Positions 6,866-13,653 of a stretch of 13,653 bases of DNA are shown here, piece after piece. The DNA comes from Gemmatimonadota bacterium (GTDB lineage Bacteria; Latescibacterota; UBA2968; UBA8231). The notes under the pieces were generated by a model that searched no databases, was not told the DNA's origin, and worked only from the letters and a program-made list of their open reading frames with translations. Every line of letters begins with the position of its first letter. Positions within the stretch are counted from its first letter, which is position 1. The stretch is taken from assembly GCA_038128265.1 (NCBI GenBank), contig JAYPJE010000085.1, forward strand, positions 1-13,653. Direction: 5' to 3'. The position numbers were made by a program, and so were the translations under genes.

Positions 6866-8848
6866 ATGAACGAGCGCTCAGCGTGGTTGGTGGCGACGGC
6901 CCTGCTGGGCTCGGTGCTCTTTCTTGCCTACGGCAATTCTTTTGGTAACGGGTTTCACTACGACGACTTTCACTCGTTAGTCGACAATCCGCACGTGCGT
7001 TCGCTCGACCATTGGCGCGCGTTCCTCAGCGATCCCACCGTATTTTCTTCCACGCCCGATCGGGCCATGTACCGCCCGTTAGTGCTCGTTAGCTACGCCT
7101 TCAACTATCGCTTGGGCGGCTATGCCGTTGGCGGCTATCATCTAGTCAACTGGTTTGTTCACCTTGGTTCGGCCCTGGCCGTATTTGCCCTGGCGCGTGC
7201 ATTGACCGCTGGGGCCTGGGCGGCGCTCGCTGGGGCGCTGGTCTTTGCGCTGCACCCCCTGTGCAGCGAGCCGGTAAACTACATCAGCAGTCGCTCGGAA
7301 TCGCTGTGTGCGCTCTTTTTTTTGTTGGGATTAGTGGGCTATGTGCGCGGACGCGCGGGCGATAGCCGCTGGCTCCTATCGGGGCTGCTCTGCTTCGCCT
7401 TGGCGCTGCTGGCCAAGTCGGTCGCTCTCGTGCTGCCGGTGGCCCTGCTGTGGTACGAGCTTGTAAACGGGCAGCGGGAGCGCGGGCTGCGTCCGCGTCG
7501 CCTCGTTGCCATACACTTAGCGCACTGGCTGGTGGCGGTGCTCTATCTGTGGATGGCGCGCACCTGGCTGGGCGATTCGCTCGGCGAGCCGGTACGCTCC
7601 TTTAGCGTGCAGTGGATCACCCAGATTAAGGCCATGGCTTACTATGCTTATCTGGCGTTTTTCCCCGTTCGGCTCAGCGTTGAGCAGCCCTTTTCCGTTT
7701 CGGAGAGTCTGATGGCCGCCACGGTGCTGAGCGCGCTGGCCGCGCTGTGTTCGCTGGCCTATTTCGCTCTGCGCGGTCGCGGTGCGGCGCTGCACATTCT
7801 CGGCTGGGCGCTGCTGCCGCTGCTGCCCTCATCGCTGATGCCGCTTAATGTGTTGGTCAACGATCATCGCATGTACCTGCCGTTGGCGCTGCTGTGTGTA
7901 GGGCTGGCCTGCGCTGTCGAGTGGCCAAGAGGGAAACGCGCGGTGCTCGTGGCCGCGTGCGTGGGGCTAGTTGCCTTTGTCGGCATCAACCGATCGCGCA
8001 ACGCCGTTTGGCTCGATGAGCGCAGCCTGTGGCAGGATGCGGTCGAGAAGGCGCCCTTTGCCTACCGTGCGCACATGCATTTGGGTGAGGCATTGGAGCA
8101 ACAGGGGGCGCGCGCATTGGCGTTAGCGCATTTTGAGCGCGCCGTTCAATACGGGCCCGAAGCGGCCGAGCCGCACTATAACTTGGGCAACGCGCTGCGC
8201 GTGCGGGGTCGCTTCGAGGAAGCGCTTGCAGCGTACGGGGCCAGTCTGCAGGCGCGGGCGCACTTTGCCCCCGCGCTGCTCAACCGCGCTGCGCTCCTGC
8301 AGGATTTGGATCGCTATGAGGAGGCAGAAGCACTGCTGCAGCGCGGGCTAGCCGAGGGCATCGGTGCCCGTGCGGAACTGCGGCGGCGGTTGGGCGTGCT
8401 CTTTGCAAAGGGGGGGCGCTACCAGCAGGCCGAGGCGACGCTGCGCCAGGCGCTGCAGGACGATCCGGCCCTGGTCGAAGCGCAGTATAATCTGGGCAAC
8501 GTATATTTTGAGATGGGTCAAGTCGAGACGGCTATGCGGGCCTACGAGTCCGTTCTGCGCGCACAGCCGGCGCACGCTGGGGCGCGGCGGAATTGGGGTG
8601 AGCACCTGCTCAAAATGGGGGAATACGGGCGAGCCGAGGCGCTTTTTTCCGAGGGCTTGCGCCTGCGCCCCGACGAGGTGATTTTTCACTACGGTGCGGC
8701 GCGGGCCTACGAGGCGCTCGGCCAACGGCGAGCCGCGATAACCAGCTATCGCCGTTTTGTCCAGGGAGCCGCACTCGATGCGGCTGGGCGGGCGGCCCTA
8801 GTGGCCCATATCGATCGCTTAGAGCGCCAACTGCGCGGGGAGCAATAA
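6866..8848 (+). CDS. TMTC-like GT-C-fold membrane glycosyltransferase with about 7 C-terminal TPR repeats (paralog 2)
   Basis: Motifs AYGNSFGNGFHYDD, MYRP, FALHPLCSEPVNYISSRSE, LAK and NDHRMYLP, followed by TPRs (EPHYNLGNALRVRGRFEEA, EAQYNLGNVYFEMGQ). ATG 6866 is preferred over TTG 6833, which lies inside the hairpin. Stop overlaps the cysK start (TAATG). Confidence 0.85.
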   Translation: MNERSAWLVATALLGSVLFLAYGNSFGNGFHYDDFHSLVDNPHVRSLDHWRAFLSDPTVFSSTPDRAMYRPLVLVSYAFNYRLGGYAVGGYHLVNWFVHLGSALAVFALARALTAGAWAALAGALVFALHPLCSEPVNYISSRSESLCALFFLLGLVGYVRGRAGDSRWLLSGLLCFALALLAKSVALVLPVALLWYELVNGQRERGLRPRRLVAIHLAHWLVAVLYLWMARTWLGDSLGEPVRSFSVQWITQIKAMAYYAYLAFFPVRLSVEQPFSVSESLMAATVLSALAALCSLAYFALRGRGAALHILGWALLPLLPSSLMPLNVLVNDHRMYLPLALLCVGLACAVEWPRGKRAVLVAACVGLVAFVGINRSRNAVWLDERSLWQDAVEKAPFAYRAHMHLGEALEQQGARALALAHFERAVQYGPEAAEPHYNLGNALRVRGRFEEALAAYGASLQARAHFAPALLNRAALLQDLDRYEEAEALLQRGLAEGIGARAELRRRLGVLFAKGGRYQQAEATLRQALQDDPALVEAQYNLGNVYFEMGQVETAMRAYESVLRAQPAHAGARRNWGEHLLKMGEYGRAEALFSEGLRLRPDEVIFHYGAARAYEALGQRRAAITSYRRFVQGAALDAAGRAALVAHIDRLERQLRGEQ

Positions 8849-9765
8849 TGAAAAAAGCCAACAGCGTGCTTGAACTGATTGGAGCGACGCCCATCGTGCG
8901 CTTGGGGCGCGTGGCCGACGAGGGGATGGCCGAGGTGTGGGGCAAATTGGAGTCGGCCAATCCAGGGGGCAGCGTCAAAGACCGAATCGCCCTGGCGATG
9001 ATCGAAGCGGCCGAGCGCGAGGGGCGGCTCAAGCCGGGCGGCACGATTGTCGAGCCGACCAGCGGCAATACCGGTATTGGGCTGGCCATGGTGGCCGCTT
9101 ACAAGGGCTATAAGCTCATCGTCACCATGTTTGATACGGCCAGCCGAGAGCGGCGCCTGCAAATGCAGGCCTATGGGGCCGAAGTGGTGCTGACGCCGGC
9201 TGCCGAAGGGATGCGTGGAGCCATTGAACGGGCCCTAGAGCTCAAGCAGAAAAACCCAGAGTACTTTCTGCCCCAACAGTTTATGAATCAGGCCAATCCC
9301 GATATGCACCGTCGCACGACCGGCAGTGAAATCCTTTCGCAGCTGGGCGACAAGATCGATGCGTTTGTCGCCGGCGTCGGCACCGGGGGATCCGTTACGG
9401 GCGTGGGCGAAGTGCTTAAAGAGCACGTGCCTAGCGTGCGCGTTATCGCCGTCGAACCGGCCGGTTCGCCCGTCCTGTCGGGCGGCGATCCTGGCTTCAG
9501 CTATATAGAAGGTATAGGCGCGGGCTTTGTGCCGGAGATATTAAACCGCGAAGTGGTCGACGAGGTGCGGGTCATTGAGGACGACGAAGCCTACGAGATG
9601 GCGCGGCGCCTGGCGCGCGAAGAGGGGCTGCTAGTGGGCATTTCAGCCGGGGCCAACGCCGCCAAAGCGGTTGAGGTCGCGCGCGAATTGGGCCCGGGGC
9701 ATGTTGTTGCGACTATTCTGTGCGACAGCGGGCTGCGCTACCTGAGCACGCGCGCCTTCGAATAG
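8848..9765 (+). CDS. cysK: Cysteine synthase A-like PLP enzyme
   Basis: Motifs KLESANPGGSVKDRIA, EPTSGNTGIGLA, PQQF.N.ANP, AGVGTGGS, GIGAGFVP, LAREEGLLVGISAGA and DSGLRYLST. 305 aa. Confidence 0.9.
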   Translation: MKKANSVLELIGATPIVRLGRVADEGMAEVWGKLESANPGGSVKDRIALAMIEAAEREGRLKPGGTIVEPTSGNTGIGLAMVAAYKGYKLIVTMFDTASRERRLQMQAYGAEVVLTPAAEGMRGAIERALELKQKNPEYFLPQQFMNQANPDMHRRTTGSEILSQLGDKIDAFVAGVGTGGSVTGVGEVLKEHVPSVRVIAVEPAGSPVLSGGDPGFSYIEGIGAGFVPEILNREVVDEVRVIEDDEAYEMARRLAREEGLLVGISAGANAAKAVEVARELGPGHVVATILCDSGLRYLSTRAFE

Positions 9766-9807
9766 GGGGCGAACGGGACCCTCTGAGGTTCCAAACCGGG
9801 CAAATAG

Positions 9808-9843
9808 AAGCGCCCGCTTTCCGGTGGGGAAGGCGGGCGCTTT
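9808..9843. terminator. Probable bidirectional intrinsic terminator between convergent cysK and rpsT
   Basis: AAGCGCCCGCTTTCC (9808-9822) / GGAAGGCGGGCGCTT (9828-9842), a 15-bp GC-rich stem with a 5-nt loop. Short T run on the plus side and TTCTATTTG on the minus side. Confidence 0.75.
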
Positions 9844-9865
9844 GCCGTTCATATCGGCGTGTATT

Positions 9866-10120
9866 TTATTCCATGCCGCGCACAAAATGGGTCAGGCGCG
9901 ATTTGTAGCGGGCGGCCGTGTTGCGATGCAGGCGGCCTTTGCGCACCGTGCTATCGACGACGGAAATGGCCTGGCTGAGGGCGGCTTCGGCCGTGCTGCG
10001 GTCCTCGGCTGCGCGCACCTTTTTGATCGCCGTGCGCATGCGCGAGGTAATGGCCTTATTGCGCGTCTGCGCCTTCAGATTGTTGCGAAGTCTCTTTTTA
10101 GACGATTTCAGATTAGGCAC
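9866..10120 (-). CDS. rpsT: 30S ribosomal protein S20
   Basis: MPNLKSSKKR...RNKAITSRMRTAIKKV...KGRLHRNTAARYKSRL. GTG start with an AAGGAG RBS. Confidence 0.97.
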   Translation of the reverse strand: MPNLKSSKKRLRNNLKAQTRNKAITSRMRTAIKKVRAAEDRSTAEAALSQAISVVDSTVRKGRLHRNTAARYKSRLTHFVRGME

Positions 10121-10218
10121 TCTTGCACTCCTTTAACGAGGTTCGGGCAAAAAATTCCAGCGTGTTAAGCGGTGGATCGCCGCCCGTTTAAAAATTCGTA
10201 AGTCGTTGTTATTCATTG

Positions 10219-10457
10219 GCCAGAGAGGGCTGCAAACGCCTTCTGTTTGCTCTGGCACGCCGCTTGCTAAAGTCTGTCCGACAAGTCAGTCCTACGGGAC
10301 CGCGGGCGCCTTCGGATCGAGTGACCCCCAAGCGCTCGGCCGCGAAAGAGCGCCCGGCAATCGCAACCGGGACACGACGCAGTCTGAAAGCGGAAACGGG
10401 GTCGGCCACTCGTGGAAGGGGTGCCGGCCCCATTTTCAGCCTTACGGCGGAAACAAT
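10219..10457 (-). ncRNA. Candidate structured RNA (long rpsT 5' leader or stand-alone ncRNA), family not recognised
   Basis: Nested complementary segments 10296-10302/10425-10431, 10309-10313/10415-10419, 10318-10323/10407-10412 and 10323-10328/10398-10403 enclose three hairpins. Most imperfect pairs are G-U on the minus strand. Directly downstream of a minus-strand promoter. Confidence 0.45.
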
Positions 10458-10463
10458 CTCAAT

Positions 10464-10492
10464 AAAGTAATGGCCTCTCCGCTAATTTGCAA
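10464..10492 (-). promoter_or_regulatory. Putative sigma70 promoter driving the structured RNA / rpsT
   Basis: Minus-strand TTGCAA (10487-10492), 17-nt spacer, TACTTT (10464-10469). Predicted start near 10457. Confidence 0.55.
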
Positions 10493-10928
10493 GGGTTCTG
10501 CGCAGCGCCTCCTCGCGCCTAGCAGATGGATCCGTTCCATCGGGTGGATTCGTGAGTGTCCGATCGGCTGACTGGGGGATAGCCGATGGGAAAATTATGT
10601 TGAAGTTTGAAGTTTGCCTGCCGATAAGTAGATGTAAGGATTCAAATGTCTGGATAGGTGGACATCCATTTGCCCACCACAAACAAGTGAAATAACGTGA
10701 CGAAAACAATTCACATGCGAATGACAACACCTAATTATAGGAGGGATGGCTTTAAGGAGGTAGAACGCTTTCTCAATCGTCTGAGGGAATCGGAGGTCCG
10801 TGGGGGCGGACGGCCGCTTTCTTCTTCCGCACTGAGTTGGCAGGTGACCGATAGGGAAATGGGTCGCAGCCGACGAGTTTGTTCCGCTTTCAGCAAATCT
10901 AGTCGTGTCCATGGAAGGAGTTTCTAAC

Positions 10929-13653
10929 ATGAATTCAAAGCGCAATGCTTTTTGCTTGCTGCTGTTTGTTGTTCTGGTCGGCCTGGGGGGCACTGCCTTT
11001 GCCCAGCCGATCTTTGAAAACAACACGCCGACGGGTTTTTCGCCGTCGGACAGCACGCGTAAGTCGAGGTTTGTAACCGATACGGATATCACCGTATTGG
11101 TCGACCTCAACGAGGCCGCTAATGCGACCTACCCCGTTATGGGTAACTTTCAGAAGGTCGAAAAGAGCGTGCCGTTTTTCGCCGATGGCGATGCGGCCGG
11201 CTATATGTCGCAGGCCATAGCCGTTGACGACAACGGCATCCTCCACCGCGCCTGGGTACAGCGTCGCGGTCGAGTGCGCAACGACGTTTCGACCTCGTCG
11301 CCGGCCTACGGCGTTGTCTACGCCAAGAGCTTTGACGGCGGTAAGACCTTTACCGACACGGTGTCCGTATCGGGCACTATGCGGTTCGATATGATTGTCG
11401 CTACGTCTACGCCGAAATTAATTAGTGGTTTTTCGACGGTTGATCTCGTCGTCGATAGCAAGGGCAACCCGCGTGTCTCCTATGCTATGGACTGGTCGGC
11501 TGATGGATTCACAAACCCTCGGCTGAGTGCTTTTGCCGCCAGCGGTACGATTCGGGGTTTTGATGGGATCTTCTTCAACTACTCCAACGACGGCGGTAGT
11601 TCCTGGCTGCCGAGCAATAATACGGTGGTCCTAAACGATACGATCACCGTTGGTAGCCAACCCGCCACTGCAGACTACCCCGGTCGCCATACGGCGTTCC
11701 CGCGCATGGCCATCACGGAGACGGACGATATTTTTATCGTCTACCAGCGCGGCTTTTGGGGTTTTGATGACGGCGTAAATAGCTCATCAACGCCCGATAT
11801 CATGCTGACAAAGATGGACTCGGACAGTCTATTGCTGGGTTCGGCTCAGCCGGTAAACCTCGGTAGCACGGGCAATCTGGGTAGCTTGGGTGGTGTGCGT
11901 CTGGATCTGAACGATATCACGGGTATCGCCCCCGATATCGCTGTGGGTGATGACGACATATTGCACGTCACCTGGTACGCGCCGTCGGCGACTTCTTCAC
12001 GCCGCATCTATCACAAGTCGGTGCCGGCTGAAGATTGGAGCGTTACGGGCGCACTGGGTTGGAATCAGGATGTTGCCGGTGCAACGGTGGGGACGTTCAA
12101 TTCAGAGATTGCCGATAACGGGACTGCAAACTGGGGTATGGACTTCGTGTTGGCAGGCGATCAAGGTCCAGTGCTTCGGGCGAACTCCAATACTAATTTG
12201 ACTGATGCGCTCGATTCTAAAATCCACCTTTTCCCGACGATTGTTGTCGATCGCGAGCGCACGCCGGACCGTGTCTATGTTTTATGGAAGCATACTGACG
12301 CTCTTGAAACGTTGGTGGCGAACGGTAACGACGAAAATATCCGCTACAATACCTACACCTACGATGGGCTGGTAGGAGGTAGCGCTACTTGGGGTTCGGT
12401 GACCGATGCCTTTCCGGTAGGTGGTACAACGGACGGATATTCTAGTGCCAGCGGGGCCGGTCTGTTCCAGAACGGTGCCATTCAGCAGATCGAGAGCAAC
12501 TGGATCTTTGTCGACCGAGTATCTGCGGTTGTGGATTCGCGCATCCCCGGTACGCGCGGTGATTTACATATTGTGTTTTCTGCCGGTGAAAGTACCACCG
12601 GTATATATAGTAACACCAACAACGCAAAGGCGAATGCGCTCTACTATTCGCGTTTTAATGGCACGGAATGGGAGCTGCCACAGGTGGTGGCCACGCAGGC
12701 TAATACTGACGACGGCGTATCGGCCAAGCACAAGCACCTCTTTGGAATCGATCTTGCCATTCGCGAGGGCGATGAGAATCTCTACATGACGTTTGTAGGG
12801 GGATCGCCCACGAAGGGTGACGCTGCAAATGTTTACAACAATGGCGCTGCCCTCACTGGAAGTGCAAATATTGATCTCCAAACGCCTGGTATGGGGTATG
12901 CCGCACTCAAGCAGGGGGATATCCAGCCTCTGCCCTACTTCAAGGTGTTGGGTCGCGTGTCGACGTTTGAAGACCAGTCGATACCGGTCGGCGCGCATCA
13001 GTATTACCTGACCTACAATCCGGTGAACCCGCAGACCAGCGCGGTGTCTAACAACCTGGTGAGCGTCACGGTGGCCGATAACCAGACTGGTGTAGGCATC
13101 GGCGGTGCCCAGCCTTCCTCTTCGAAGGCGCCGGGCGGTTTTCTCACCGGTCAGTGGCGGTCCTTTGGCAATGGGGGCACTCTTGGTGTCTCCTCGCTGA
13201 CTCCGAGCTCGTCGGGTGCCGTTTATAAAGGTGCATCCAGCCAGACTGAGGCGCAGAACGACGCCGGCGTATTCCAGGGCCAGGTCGACGATGACGGTTC
13301 GAGCGGTTTTGGCGAGTGGGGCGACAGCGGCGACAAGAACGGGTTGTTGGTCAAGCTCAATATCTTGGGATCCGACTCGGCCAGCAATGTGCAGCTGATT
13401 TACGCGAGCACGGCCTCCAAGCAGCTCAGCGGTTCGTCCAGTCAGCACATTGCACTAGCCCCTCAGCGAGCCGTGTTTGCTGGCAATGCAACCAGTTCGG
13501 CCTCTTACACCTTCGTTAGGCCGATAACTGGTTCGTCGACAACGCAATCTGCTTTGGCCTATGATTTCCTTCACCCCGGCATAGGGCGTTCGCCCGCCCT
13601 GGGTTCGTACTTTATGATTGGTCCCGACATCGACATCGTCGCCGAGAACAAGG
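10929..13653 (+). CDS. Large secreted/surface protein with BNR/Asp-box repeats (beta-propeller-like N-terminus; 3' end runs off the window, >908 aa)
   Basis: Absent from the ORF track because no stop falls inside the window. GAAGGAG RBS at 10914-10920 and ATG 10929. Signal peptide MNSKRNAFCLLLFVVLVGLGGTAFA|Q. Asp-boxes YAKSFDGGKTF (11319-11351) and YSNDGGSSW (11580-11606). Repeated blade-like motifs IAVDDNGILHRAW, IAVGDDDILHVTW, IVVDRERTPDRVYVLW and GDLHIVF. G/S/T/D/N-rich. Frame open to the window end. Confidence 0.88.
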   Translation, partial: MNSKRNAFCLLLFVVLVGLGGTAFAQPIFENNTPTGFSPSDSTRKSRFVTDTDITVLVDLNEAANATYPVMGNFQKVEKSVPFFADGDAAGYMSQAIAVDDNGILHRAWVQRRGRVRNDVSTSSPAYGVVYAKSFDGGKTFTDTVSVSGTMRFDMIVATSTPKLISGFSTVDLVVDSKGNPRVSYAMDWSADGFTNPRLSAFAASGTIRGFDGIFFNYSNDGGSSWLPSNNTVVLNDTITVGSQPATADYPGRHTAFPRMAITETDDIFIVYQRGFWGFDDGVNSSSTPDIMLTKMDSDSLLLGSAQPVNLGSTGNLGSLGGVRLDLNDITGIAPDIAVGDDDILHVTWYAPSATSSRRIYHKSVPAEDWSVTGALGWNQDVAGATVGTFNSEIADNGTANWGMDFVLAGDQGPVLRANSNTNLTDALDSKIHLFPTIVVDRERTPDRVYVLWKHTDALETLVANGNDENIRYNTYTYDGLVGGSATWGSVTDAFPVGGTTDGYSSASGAGLFQNGAIQQIESNWIFVDRVSAVVDSRIPGTRGDLHIVFSAGESTTGIYSNTNNAKANALYYSRFNGTEWELPQVVATQANTDDGVSAKHKHLFGIDLAIREGDENLYMTFVGGSPTKGDAANVYNNGAALTGSANIDLQTPGMGYAALKQGDIQPLPYFKVLGRVSTFEDQSIPVGAHQYYLTYNPVNPQTSAVSNNLVSVTVADNQTGVGIGGAQPSSSKAPGGFLTGQWRSFGNGGTLGVSSLTPSSSGAVYKGASSQTEAQNDAGVFQGQVDDDGSSGFGEWGDSGDKNGLLVKLNILGSDSASNVQLIYASTASKQLSGSSSQHIALAPQRAVFAGNATSSASYTFVRPITGSSTTQSALAYDFLHPGIGRSPALGSYFMIGPDIDIVAENK

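Noticed and set aside
7316..8416. T8 (7316-7323) and G7 (8410-8416) homopolymers in GT paralog 2 as phase-variation tracts
   Set aside because: The tracts are short, the frame is intact, and they are explained by Phe and Lys-Gly-Gly codons.
9765..9800. GGGGGCGAACGGG after cysK resembling a tmRNA or riboswitch 5' end
   Set aside because: Only about 40 nt before the terminator, with no supporting downstream structure.
10165..10431. tmRNA on the minus strand (starts GGGGCCG...TTCCACG; TCCACCG near 10170)
   Set aside because: No TTCGAC, no T-arm GGTTCGA.TCC, no CCA end pairing with the 5' end, no Ala-ending tag ORF, and too short.
10340..10440. Cobalamin riboswitch or RNase P-like fragments (GCCACT...GGAAGG, AAGAGCGC) on the plus strand
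   Set aside because: The B12 box, GAGGAAAGTCC and other core motifs are missing, and the G-U pattern and promoter favour the minus strand.
10206..11110. Short ORFs in and around the rpsT/surface-gene intergenic region (e.g. 10209-10433, 10206-10571, 10595-11110, 10697-10927)
   Set aside because: No RBS or protein-like features. They overlap promoters, structured RNA or the real gene.
12564..13448. 294-aa minus-strand ORF
   Set aside because: Antisense shadow of the long plus-strand surface-protein gene, with no recognisable motifs.

Overview
GC-rich bacterial chromosome segment with no mobile-element, CRISPR, rRNA or tRNA signal. The gene content suggests an FCB-group organism such as Latescibacterota, which is inference only. 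Left arm (minus strand): aspS with non-discriminating signatures, then a small coiled-coil lipoprotein and a secreted coiled-coil/LysM protein that runs off the window. Centre (plus strand, divergent from aspS via back-to-back TTGACA promoters): a tightly packed six-gene operon of a CysM-like PLP enzyme, a JAMM/Mec peptidase, TMTC-like GT-C glycosyltransferase+TPR #1, a ubiquitin-like sulfur carrier ending in GG-C, TMTC-like GT-C+TPR #2 and a CysK-like enzyme. A bidirectional hairpin separates it from convergent rpsT. Right arm: an ~800-nt intergenic region containing a promoter-driven, highly structured minus-strand RNA upstream of rpsT and a recurrent CCGCUUUC hairpin-loop motif in both divergent leaders, then a >908-aa secreted Asp-box surface protein running off the window. 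The most notable item is a sulfur-carrier cysteine pathway physically interleaved with two TMTC-type glycosyltransferases.
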